NCBI GenBank assembly: GCA_031256175.1
Contig: JAIRRC010000016.1
Coordinates: forward strand, 1 to 50,565
Source of the DNA: Rickettsiales bacterium
GTDB taxonomy: Bacteria; Pseudomonadota; Alphaproteobacteria; Rs-D84
DNA: 50,565 nucleotides
Direction: 5' to 3'
Shown: piece after piece, positions 37,627 to 45,587 of the stretch
Position numbering within the stretch: position 1 is the first letter of the stretch
How the letters are laid out: every line of letters begins with the position of its first letter
Notes under the pieces: model-generated
Databases searched by the model: none
What the model was told of the DNA's origin: nothing
The model's input: the letters and a program-made list of their open reading frames with translations, nothing else
Position numbers and translations under genes: made by a program

Positions 37627-38259
37627 TTATATGTCTTTCTTCGCAAGTTTATTATTCAACGCTTCAATAACAAATATGCAGTTGTTGTTATTCACGTCGC
37701 CGCTGACGCTTGCGTTTTGAATATCCGAATAAGATTTTATCTTTTCCAAATCCTTATCGATTCCTGTGATTAAATATGGTTTGTCTTTTATACTATACAA
37801 TAAAGCATGATATATTATGTTTCCGATTTTAGGTTCGTCGCCGAAGAATTGCGCCTGCGGCGCCCCGGGGTCAATCATGTGATATTTGCCATCGGAAAGT
37901 TTTATTCCAGCAATTACGTGCCCGGCCACGACATCCACCCTCTTACGCGGTTTGTTCACGCTGTCGTAATAATCACTATATGTTTTCATGGATATTGTGA
38001 TAATTCCAACGGCGTCGATTCCTTTTTCCTTCGCAAGATACAAAAAAGTCTTGGCCCATCCTGTGCAGCCGACCGCATTCGCGGCCCTTTTCTTCAATAT
38101 TTCAGCAGCCCCAAGCGAGAATTTCGTATCTATCGGACGTTCGTTCCTTGATTCGGCAAATTTTTCGACGTCCAGGTTTTTATCTACAATTCCGGTTTCC
38201 TTATTATGCATAATATCCAGAATTTCTTGAACAATCGATAAAGTTCGTTTGTCTTCCAT
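37627..38259 (-). CDS. Transglutaminase-like (Cys-His-Asp) protein
   Basis: VGCTGWA...LAKEKGIDA, AGHV, MIDP; AT-rich. Confidence 0.65.
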   Translation of the reverse strand: MEDKRTLSIVQEILDIMHNKETGIVDKNLDVEKFAESRNERPIDTKFSLGAAEILKKRAANAVGCTGWAKTFLYLAKEKGIDAVGIITISMKTYSDYYDSVNKPRKRVDVVAGHVIAGIKLSDGKYHMIDPGAPQAQFFGDEPKIGNIIYHALLYSIKDKPYLITGIDKDLEKIKSYSDIQNASVSGDVNNNNCIFVIEALNNKLAKKDI

Positions 38260-38270
38260 GTTCGGCCTTT

Positions 38271-39389
38271 TTAAGGATTGGTGAGGCGGAGCTCGATACG
38301 GCGGTTCTTTTGAAGGTCGGCGGGCGTATTGCCCAGCGCCACAGGATACATTTCGCCGAAGCCCGTCGGCGCCAACAAACGCCTATCAATTCCGTTCTTC
38401 ACAAGCTCGTCCACGACGCTGCGCGCACGCATAAGCGACAACTGCGTATTATCCTTCAATTCGCTGCCCGGTTTCACCGGAACGTTATCGGTATGTCCGT
38501 CGACGCGGATTATCCATTCGACATTCTTCGGAATCGTCGTATAAATTTCCTTTATTACGCCCGCGATTTGTTTCAGCTGCGCCTTGCCCTTGTCCGAAAT
38601 TTTCGCGCTTCCCTGCGGGAACATGATGTCGCTGGGCAAAGTGAACCGGTCGTCGTCCATTTTTATCATGCCCGTGTCGCCCAACGATTTTTTGATGGCG
38701 GTATAAAACATGGATTGATATTCGCGCACGTCGGCCTGCTCGGCCAGTTTATCCGCCAGCGCGCGGTTGAAGCGGTTTGAAAGCTCGACATACTGGACTT
38801 CGTTTTCGGCCGCCTTTTGTTCCGACACCGCGAGCGCGTTCGACAGGCGCGAGATTTCTTCCGAAAGGTTCCGCATTTGCACGGCGCTCATTTCCCGTTC
38901 CGAACTTTTTGTTTCGGATTCCGCGCGCAATGTTCCGCGAAGGTTTTCAAGTTCTTCCAGAAGGCGCCGTTTTTCTATGTCGGACGCGGCCGCATCGTCC
39001 CGCATTATTTGCAGCTGCGCGCGCTGTTCGTCGAGCGCGCTTGTGTCGGTTTGGGTTCGTTCAAGCTCCAACAGGGCGTTCGCAAGCGCGCGGTCTTTCG
39101 CGGCGGCGTCGATTTCAAGGCGCGCGGCGGTTTCGGCGACTATCGCTTTCTGGCGCAGAAGCTCGTCCTGCGACGCGCGCATTTTCATATTGTCCGCCGC
39201 CAGGCGCCGGGCGCGCTCGGTAAGTTCGGTAAGAGCCGTATGGTCGGGCGTCGCGCCCTTCATCATGAATTTCGCGGACGACGCTATGACCACGAAAACG
39301 ATAAGCAGAAACATCAGGATTATGGTCAGGTTCGAGAACAAGTCGACGAACCCGGGCCAGATATTAACCGGCTCGCGCTGTCTTTGCAT
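38271..39389 (-). CDS. MotB/OmpA-like peptidoglycan-binding membrane protein with long coiled coil
   Basis: NIWPGFVD TM segment; RVDGHTD, NTQLSLMRARSV, KNRRIE. Confidence 0.9.
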   Translation of the reverse strand: MQRQREPVNIWPGFVDLFSNLTIILMFLLIVFVVIASSAKFMMKGATPDHTALTELTERARRLAADNMKMRASQDELLRQKAIVAETAARLEIDAAAKDRALANALLELERTQTDTSALDEQRAQLQIMRDDAAASDIEKRRLLEELENLRGTLRAESETKSSEREMSAVQMRNLSEEISRLSNALAVSEQKAAENEVQYVELSNRFNRALADKLAEQADVREYQSMFYTAIKKSLGDTGMIKMDDDRFTLPSDIMFPQGSAKISDKGKAQLKQIAGVIKEIYTTIPKNVEWIIRVDGHTDNVPVKPGSELKDNTQLSLMRARSVVDELVKNGIDRRLLAPTGFGEMYPVALGNTPADLQKNRRIELRLTNP

Positions 39390-40305
39390 TGTCCCTCTCT
39401 TCCTTCTTGAATTCCTTGACGGAATCGATGGCGATGCTAAGGCGCCCGATTGCGGCGTTCATCTGCTTGTCCCGCTCGCGTATGTGCTTCGAAAGTTCGT
39501 TCACGGATTTCGTCATCTTGTCGGTGCTGCGCGAAAGCTCGAACGCGGCGGTCTGGACGTAGGGCAGAATCGTTTCCTCGCCGCTTTCGGGCTGGGACAG
39601 ATAGCCGAAAAGCTTGGTATAGTTCGAAAGGTTTTCTTCCAGCTCGCGGAAAATCGCGTTCTGCGCCAGGGTCGTTTGAAGCGCCAAGAATCCGACCATA
39701 AGCGAACCCGCAAGGCCCAAGAACGAACTGCTGAACGCCGTGCCCATTCCCGCCAGCGGCGCTGTAAGACCGGACCGCATCGCTTCAGTCGCGGCGGCGA
39801 AGTCGGTTCCGAAATCCATGCCGTCGACCAGCATGCCGAACGCGCCGATGGTGTGAAGCAGGCCCCAAAACGTGCCCAAAAGCCCAAGGAAGACCAATAT
39901 GTTCGTCGTGTATCGGTTCTGCTCGCGCGTGTCTTCGAAGCGGCCCATGATGATGTCCAAAAACGCGTTCAAGGTTTGGGACGAGATGTAGGGCTTGTGC
40001 TGGACGCGCACCGCCGTCAGCATTTTCGCGACCGGCCGCAGGACGAATGGCGGCAGCTGCGGAACCGCGGCGCCCGGCCGCGCATAGAAGAAATTCTTCA
40101 TCCATCTGTATTCCGGCACCAGGCGGAACACGTCCAGAAAGCAGGTAAAGGTGCCGAACGCCGCGGCGCCCAAAATCGCGCCGTTAAGCCAGATGTTCAC
40201 CATGGCTATGTTCAAAAAATCGTCCCAAAACAGGATGATAATCGCGACGATAAGCGCCGTGAACAGGACCATCCGGTTAAGCGTCTTGTGAAACTGGTTG
40301 TTCAT
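39364..40305 (-). CDS. MotA/TolQ/ExbB proton-channel family protein
   Basis: LVFLGLLGTFWGL and GMGTAFSSSFLG TM motifs; overlaps the MotB-like partner. Confidence 0.85.
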   Translation of the reverse strand: MNNQFHKTLNRMVLFTALIVAIIILFWDDFLNIAMVNIWLNGAILGAAAFGTFTCFLDVFRLVPEYRWMKNFFYARPGAAVPQLPPFVLRPVAKMLTAVRVQHKPYISSQTLNAFLDIIMGRFEDTREQNRYTTNILVFLGLLGTFWGLLHTIGAFGMLVDGMDFGTDFAAATEAMRSGLTAPLAGMGTAFSSSFLGLAGSLMVGFLALQTTLAQNAIFRELEENLSNYTKLFGYLSQPESGEETILPYVQTAAFELSRSTDKMTKSVNELSKHIRERDKQMNAAIGRLSIAIDSVKEFKKEERDNAKTARAG

Positions 40306-40401
40306 TTCATTCCCCTTGCCGGAATTTTAGCAATTTTCCGCCTGGTCAATCAATAACAATTTTCTATTGCTTTCGGGTGGGATTTAGGAAAAGATGGGGC
40401 T

Positions 40402-41052
40402 ATGAAAAAGCTTTTAATGATTTTATCGGCGTTGGTTTTTATTTCCAATCCCGTTTTGGCGGACGAAGAGGCCGACGACGAATTCGACTTGAAATTGGAC
40501 AAGTATATATCGGTGAAATTGGGCGCGACCAAATGGCTTGATTCGTATGGCAATCCGCGTTCCGACGCTTGGGCCGTCGCGTTAGGCGTAGGCAAGGAAC
40601 TGGACGATTTCGCCATCCGGGCCGAGCTGGAGCTTTCAATGCAAGGCTTCGCGAAAGATTCGGAATGGAATATCGACGCCGGAAACCGGGGCTATTATAA
40701 TTTGGAAAACACCACCGGCGTTTTTCTTTTGAACGGATATATTGATTTGATGCCCGGGTATAGGGCGCGGCCTTATTTCAGCCTTGGTCTGGGATTTGTG
40801 GCGGCCGACAATTTCGTGGATTCGGAATCGAGATGGACTTACGGGGGCGGCGGCTGGGGCTATGAATCCGAATGGGGCGGCGAAACGACGTTTTCATTCG
40901 CGTCAAGCTTGGGCGCCGGTGTCAGCGTCAATTTGATTCACGGCTTCGCGCTGGACGCTGGCGCAAGATTCATATTCACAAGCAAAGACACAGAAAACGA
41001 AAACAGCAAAACGATGTTCAATGCGTCCTTGGGGTTAAGGTATACTTTCTAA
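40402..41052 (+). CDS. Outer-membrane beta-barrel protein (paralogue of 36393..37037)
   Basis: Signal peptide; IRAELELS, FLLNGYIDL..RARPYFSLGLG, ALDAGARF, GLRYTF. Confidence 0.85.
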   Translation: MKKLLMILSALVFISNPVLADEEADDEFDLKLDKYISVKLGATKWLDSYGNPRSDAWAVALGVGKELDDFAIRAELELSMQGFAKDSEWNIDAGNRGYYNLENTTGVFLLNGYIDLMPGYRARPYFSLGLGFVAADNFVDSESRWTYGGGGWGYESEWGGETTFSFASSLGAGVSVNLIHGFALDAGARFIFTSKDTENENSKTMFNASLGLRYTF

Positions 41053-41059
41053 AAACTAC

Positions 41060-41088
41060 TTGCAATTTCGTGGGGCGGCCGTTAGAAT
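41060..41088 (+). promoter_or_regulatory. Promoter of the tRNA-Leu/tRNA-Cys unit
   Basis: TTGCAA-N17-TAGAAT followed by a GC-containing discriminator region. Confidence 0.7.
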
Positions 41089-41100
41089 TGGGCGTGTTTT

Positions 41101-41185
41101 GCGGATATGGCGAAATTGGTAGACGCGCAGCACTAAGGATGCTGTGTCGAAAGACTTGGGAGTTCGAGTCTCCCTATCCGCACCA
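41101..41185 (+). tRNA. tRNA-Leu(AAG)
   Basis: Acceptor GCGGATA/TATCCGC, discriminator A, CCA; anticodon arm CAGCA-CTAAGGA-TGCTG; variable arm GTC-GAAA-GAC; T-arm GGGAG-TTCGAGT-CTCCC. Confidence 0.93.
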
Positions 41186-41300
41186 GAAGGCCTGTGCGTG
41201 CCTTCCCTCGTTCCCTCGCGACGCGCACATCTTTTCGCCGCTAACAACGCGGCTCAAAGTGTGCTTATTCGCTCGTGCTCGAGTCTCCCTATCCGCACCA
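41186..41300 (+). mobile_element. tRNA-linked 93-bp element plus exact 22-bp duplicate of the tRNA-Leu 3' end
   Basis: 41279..41300 is identical to 41164..41185; homologous to 6561..6654. Confidence 0.75.
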
Positions 41301-41305
41301 TGTTT

Positions 41306-41379
41306 GGCTCGGTGGCAGAGTGGTTATGCAGAGGACTGCAAATCCTTGTATGCCGGTTCGATTCCGACCCGGGCCTCCA
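41306..41379 (+). tRNA. tRNA-Cys(GCA)
   Basis: Acceptor GGCTCGG/CCGGGCC, discriminator T, CCA; anticodon loop CTGCAAA; one C-A mismatch in the T-stem. Confidence 0.95.
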
Positions 41380-41496
41380 AAATTTTGAAGTGCGCCATCC
41401 ATCGTTCTCTCGCGACACGCACATCAAAAAATCCCCTAATAACGGGGATTTTCTGTGCGCTTATACGCTCGTGCTCGATTCCGACCCGGGCCTCCA
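41380..41496 (+). mobile_element. tRNA-linked 95-bp element plus exact 22-bp duplicate of the tRNA-Cys 3' end
   Basis: 41475..41496 is identical to 41358..41379; shares all conserved blocks with the other two copies. Confidence 0.75.
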
Positions 41497-41500
41497 AAAT

Positions 41501-41525
41501 AAAAGACCCCTTAAAGGGGTCTTTT
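41501..41525 (+). terminator. Intrinsic terminator of the tRNA unit
   Basis: AAAAGACCCC-TTAAA-GGGGTCTTTT. Confidence 0.85.
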
Positions 41526-41558
41526 ATTTTGGAGGCCTATTGCGCGGGCTTTATTACC

Positions 41559-41584
41559 TGGATTCCGGCTTTCGCTGGAATGAC
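41559..41584. repeat. REP-like palindrome, copy 2
   Basis: TGGATTCCGGC-TTTC-GCTGGAATGAC. Confidence 0.7.
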
Positions 41585-41603
41585 TAAATAGGGCCGGGAG
41601 TTT

Positions 41604-42128
41604 TTATACAATTTGGTCAAGCGCGCCGGTTGCGGGGTCGATGACGAAGCCGTAGACCGTGATGTCTTTCGGCATCAATGGATGGTTTCTTATAATGCCC
41701 GTCGTGTCGCGGACCGAATCTTCCACGCTGGCAAATCCTTTCAGCCATCTGTCCACGTCTATGCCGGATTTTTCCACCGCGTCCAATGCGGCCGCCGGGA
41801 TGATTTTCCGCGCGTCGAAATCCTGCATTCCGCAATCCTTGTGGCCTATGACCAGAATTTCCTCCACGCCCAGCGCCCAGACCGCGACAAGCAGGCTTCG
41901 CATTCCGCTGCCGTAAGGGTGCGTTATCATCGCGCCCGCGTTCTTTATGATTTTCGCGTCGCCGTTCCGCAGGCCCAACGCGGCCGGCAAAAGTTCTGTA
42001 AGCCTTGCGTCCATGCACGAAACTATCGCGATTTTTTTATCAGGAAATTTCGTCGCGCTGTATTTTTCATATTCCTTGTCCGCGACGAATTTTTTATTGT
42101 ATTCAAGAATCTGGGCGATTTGGGACAT
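41604..42128 (-). CDS. Beta-class carbonic anhydrase (clade D-like)
   Basis: CMDARL, IKNAG, GHKDCGM zinc ligands. Confidence 0.93.
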   Translation of the reverse strand: MSQIAQILEYNKKFVADKEYEKYSATKFPDKKIAIVSCMDARLTELLPAALGLRNGDAKIIKNAGAMITHPYGSGMRSLLVAVWALGVEEILVIGHKDCGMQDFDARKIIPAAALDAVEKSGIDVDRWLKGFASVEDSVRDTTGIIRNHPLMPKDITVYGFVIDPATGALDQIV

Positions 42129-42132
42129 GGCT

Positions 42133-43107
42133 TCATTTCACCATATCGACAAGCTTCGAGTCAAGGATTAACATATCGGATTCGCCAAGCGCCAGGCGTT
42201 CGCCGGACGGCGGCGTTTTCAAAACTTCCAGGACGTCGGGCGCCAGCTTAACGCCGCGGGCGGTCCGCAGGCCGGTTATGACTTTTTCTATGGCGCGGTC
42301 GCGCGCCGTCATGGGTTTTATGGCGCCGCTAAATTGTTCGAACCAGTTTTCACCATCGAACAAGCGGCCGGCGGCGCCGGCGCCCAAACCTATGTAAGGC
42401 TCGCCATCCCAGACCCCGGAATTATGGCGGCATTCATGGCCGGGCCGGGCGTAATTGGATATTTCATAGCGTCGCAGTTGGCGGCCGATTTCAAGCCACA
42501 TATCCGCCGCCGAATCGCTTGGCGAAAATTTCGGATTCGCTTCCGGCGTTATTTCATATAAGGACGCGTGACGAAGGCCGATTTTTTTTATTTCTTCGCA
42601 CAGGCGCGCCACGTCGTCCACAGACTGGCCGGGCAGGGCGTAGATAAAATCCGCAGATGTTTCAAAGCCCGCGTCAAGCGCCGCATCCAACGCCAAGCGC
42701 GCCTGCTTGGCGGTATGGATTCGGCCTAGGAACCGCAAATGTCCATCGTCGAAACTCTGCGCGCCGATGGAAATTCTTGTTATGCCCAGCGCCTTATAAT
42801 CGGCCAGATTCGCGCTTCTGGGATTGCATTCGATGGTTATTTCGGCGCCGTCCGCCACAAGGAAATGTTTCCCAATCGCGCCCAGGATTTTCGCGAGAAT
42901 ATCGGTCGGCATAAGGCTTGGCGTGCCGCCGCCGAAGAATATCGTCGGGACGCGGCAGCGGGGCTGCCGCGCGACGCTTTTTATTATGCCGTCCGCGTAT
43001 GCGTCCCAATCGGGCGCAACGGCGGCCGAATAGAACGCGCAATAGGGGCATTTATTCGCGCAGAAAGGCACGTGGATATATAAATGGTGCGGCGGGGTCT
43101 TGTCCAT
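42133..43107 (-). CDS. hemW: Radical SAM HemW/HemN-like protein
   Basis: LYIHVPFCANKCPYCAF, FFGGGTPS, EITIECNP, YEISNYARPGHECRHN; short C-terminus. Confidence 0.8.
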   Translation of the reverse strand: MDKTPPHHLYIHVPFCANKCPYCAFYSAAVAPDWDAYADGIIKSVARQPRCRVPTIFFGGGTPSLMPTDILAKILGAIGKHFLVADGAEITIECNPRSANLADYKALGITRISIGAQSFDDGHLRFLGRIHTAKQARLALDAALDAGFETSADFIYALPGQSVDDVARLCEEIKKIGLRHASLYEITPEANPKFSPSDSAADMWLEIGRQLRRYEISNYARPGHECRHNSGVWDGEPYIGLGAGAAGRLFDGENWFEQFSGAIKPMTARDRAIEKVITGLRTARGVKLAPDVLEVLKTPPSGERLALGESDMLILDSKLVDMVK

Positions 43108-43160
43108 GACAAGCCCGATTATACACCGAAAAATCCGGTTTTCAAGCCGGAATGGAATTT

Positions 43161-43178
43161 ATTCCTTGACTTAGGAAT
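43161..43178. promoter_or_regulatory. Candidate MarR operator overlapping a TTGACT -35 element
   Basis: ATTCCT-N6-AGGAAT palindrome about 50 bp upstream of the MarR gene. Confidence 0.4.
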
Positions 43179-43226
43179 CTTTTTATTATAAAACTATTAT
43201 GAATTAAAACCAATCGGGGTGTCGAC

Positions 43227-43676
43227 ATGGCTCATAAAAAACTCGCGCAGCTGCTGTTGCAGAACGTCGCGTCCTTGTCCAGGCTGGCCGGGGATATACG
43301 CGGCGGCGCGCCCGTCAACATGAAATCCAAACAGCATTTCGAGGTTATGGTGCGCCTTAAACTGGACGGCCGGACCATGCTTAAAGACATGGCCGCGCGG
43401 TCCCACATGTCGGCCGCGAACATAAGCACCACCATAAAGAACCTTGAAGCTGACGGGCTGGTCCGGCGCGAGCAGGACAAGGCCGACCGCCGCAACGTCT
43501 GGTATTCCCTGACCAAGAGCGGCGAAAAATCGGCCGAGGCCGCGGTCGAAAAATTCCTTGGGAACATCACGAAATTTTTCGCCCGCCTTCCAGAACGGGA
43601 CGAAACGCGCTTCGTGTCCGCGCTTATGGACGTGAACGAAATCCTTAAAAAAATAGAAGAAAACGACGATGAATAA
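43227..43676 (+). CDS. MarR family transcriptional regulator
   Basis: LKDMAARSHMSAANISTTIKNLEADGLVRREQDKADRRNVWYSLT winged HTH. Confidence 0.93.
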   Translation: MAHKKLAQLLLQNVASLSRLAGDIRGGAPVNMKSKQHFEVMVRLKLDGRTMLKDMAARSHMSAANISTTIKNLEADGLVRREQDKADRRNVWYSLTKSGEKSAEAAVEKFLGNITKFFARLPERDETRFVSALMDVNEILKKIEENDDE

Positions 43677-45006
43677 AATAATAACGGCATTATTCGGAAT
43701 GTTCCTTATAGCGGAAGCGGGCGCCGCGACCATGAAGCTCGGCATGGAGGACGCCGTCCTTAAAATCATGGCCGCAAGCCAGGACGTCAAGAAGGCCGAC
43801 CTTAACGTCAGGAAATCCGAGGCCGTGTTCAACGCCGCGCGCGCGGGACGCTTCCCGAAGCTTAGCGCCAGCGGGACATACATGAACAACATCAATGTCG
43901 ACAATCCCGGCCAACCAAAATACATCGACATGCCGAACATTCCCGTCCTTGACAGCGGCGGCAATCCGATTGGCTTCCTTCCGACAGGCGGCGGGCTTCG
44001 CGTGCCGGACAATATCGGCATGGCGGGGCTCGACCTGACGCAACCCATCTATACTTTCGGCAAACTCGGCTATGGTCTGGACGCCGCGCGGTCGGCCATC
44101 AAAATCGCGGAATCGTCGGCCGAGCTCGCGCGCAGGGAAATGCGCGTCGCCGCCGTTCAAATCTATTACGGCGCCAAGATGGCCGAGCATGTTCAATCAA
44201 TCGTTCAGAAATCTTTGGATAACGCGCGCAAAAACCAGCGCGCGCTCACCATGGGCGCGGGCAGGGCGAACAAGGCCAACCTGCTGAAAATTTCGACCGA
44301 TGTCGTCATCAAGGAATCGCAGCTTGCGGACGCGAAGTTCAACGCGGACTCGGCTATGCGCATGCTTAAAATCATGGCCGACATCGACGAGGAATACAAT
44401 GTAGTTCTGACGGACGAGATTCCGTCCAAGTTCGCGAAGGCCCCGTCGGCCGAGATGTATAGCTATCCCGAATGGGACATACATCAGGAGGCATACAACG
44501 CTTCGCGCGCTTCGATGAAATCGAAATACGCGGGGTTCCTTCCGACCCTTGCCGCGACGGCTTCGTATAACTATGTCATGATTCACGATAGCGCCGACGT
44601 GTGGAACGGAAGCAACGGCAAGAACGCTTCCGTGGGGCTTGCAATTTCGATTCCGATTCTGGACGGCGGTTTGGCGCGCTATCAGGCGACCCAGGACGCG
44701 CGCGAGGCGGACCGCGCCCTTCAAGACCTGGACAAGGCGAAAAAGCTGCGCCGCAACGATTTGGTGGAAGCCGTAACCAAGCACAATTATCTTGTCGAAA
44801 ACCTTAAAACGCAGCGTCAGGCGCTCGAACTCGCGCAGAAGACCTACAAGATGTCGTCCGACCGATTCGCCAGCGGGCAGACAAGCGCCGTCGAATTGTC
44901 GGACGTCGAATCTTCCCTGGTCCAGCTTGAAGTCGCGCAGATGAACACGCGCATGCAAATCGCAATCGCGCAGGAAAACATCAGAAAACTTACGGGTGAT
45001 AAATGA
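43669..45006 (+). CDS. TolC family outer-membrane efflux protein
   Basis: Signal peptide; ARAGRFPKLSASG, LTQPIYTFG, AGFLPTL, ISIPILDGG, RFASGQTSAVEL. Confidence 0.92.
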   Translation: MNKIITALFGMFLIAEAGAATMKLGMEDAVLKIMAASQDVKKADLNVRKSEAVFNAARAGRFPKLSASGTYMNNINVDNPGQPKYIDMPNIPVLDSGGNPIGFLPTGGGLRVPDNIGMAGLDLTQPIYTFGKLGYGLDAARSAIKIAESSAELARREMRVAAVQIYYGAKMAEHVQSIVQKSLDNARKNQRALTMGAGRANKANLLKISTDVVIKESQLADAKFNADSAMRMLKIMADIDEEYNVVLTDEIPSKFAKAPSAEMYSYPEWDIHQEAYNASRASMKSKYAGFLPTLAATASYNYVMIHDSADVWNGSNGKNASVGLAISIPILDGGLARYQATQDAREADRALQDLDKAKKLRRNDLVEAVTKHNYLVENLKTQRQALELAQKTYKMSSDRFASGQTSAVELSDVESSLVQLEVAQMNTRMQIAIAQENIRKLTGDK

Positions 45007-45587
45007 TGGACAAAAAGCTTCTTAAAAGAAACGCGGCAATCCTAATCGCCGCGCTTATCGCGGCTTTGGTGATTTACCGCGTCGCCGCCATCGTCAAAGA
45101 AGGCGACAGGCAGGTAAGCAACATCGTCCGCATACACGCGGAATCCGGCGTTCCGGTCAGGACCGCGCTTGTATCCGAAAGCATCCAGGATTTGAAGTTC
45201 CCGCTGTCCCTTAAAAACGGCCGCGCTTTCGTTCCGCTCGACGTCAAAATCCGCCTTAAAAAAGGGATGTCGGTCGGCGACCAGAAGATAACTTCCATTT
45301 CGAACAACATAGATTTCGACACCGGTATGTATGAGGTCCGCGTGTCCGGAAACCTTGTCGGCGAATTCAATGCGACGGAACCCGCGAGCGGAATTTTCAT
45401 CCCGCGCGAGGCCGCTTCCGACGGAATCGCATGGGTGGCCGAAGACGGCGAGGCGCGTCCGCGCAAAATCAGAATCGCCGCGATGGACGCGGAATCGATA
45501 CTTGTCGCGGGCGGGCTTCTTGACGGCGACATGCTTATCGTGTCTTCGAGCCATCTTCTTTATGACGGATTAAAGGTGAAGCAATGA
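45003..45587 (+). CDS. Unusually short RND periplasmic adaptor (membrane fusion protein)
   Basis: N-terminal TM, VPV strand, ITSISNNIDFDTGMYEVRV barrel, IPREA...GGLLDGD membrane-proximal motifs; only 194 aa. Confidence 0.8.
   Translation: MMDKKLLKRNAAILIAALIAALVIYRVAAIVKEGDRQVSNIVRIHAESGVPVRTALVSESIQDLKFPLSLKNGRAFVPLDVKIRLKKGMSVGDQKITSISNNIDFDTGMYEVRVSGNLVGEFNATEPASGIFIPREAASDGIAWVAEDGEARPRKIRIAAMDAESILVAGGLLDGDMLIVSSSHLLYDGLKVKQ

Noticed and set aside
38271-40305. MotA/MotB-like pair as Zorya ZorAB or a flagellar stator
   Set aside because: No ZorC/D/E or flagellar genes nearby; the NIWPGFVD-type pair fits a widespread housekeeping-like family.
41132-41138. Reading the tRNA-Leu anticodon as TAA
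   Set aside because: The 5-bp stem fixes the loop as CTAAGGA; TAA would need C33 and an off-centre anticodon.
41186-41496. tRNA-linked elements as a CRISPR array or as T-loop introns
   Set aside because: The conserved part is ~94 bp and the variable part is tRNA sequence; there are no cas genes. Each upstream tRNA is already complete, and the insert is too short for a group I intron core.
40872-41591. ORFs spanning the tRNA-Leu/Cys region (and 6493..6845 at tRNA-Ser)
   Set aside because: They overlap tRNAs and repeats; the WIPAFAGMT tail is just the translated REP.
45003-45587. Short adaptor gene as a frameshifted pseudogene
   Set aside because: Single open frame with both termini recognisable and ATGA coupling on both sides; no leftover hairpin-coding DNA nearby.
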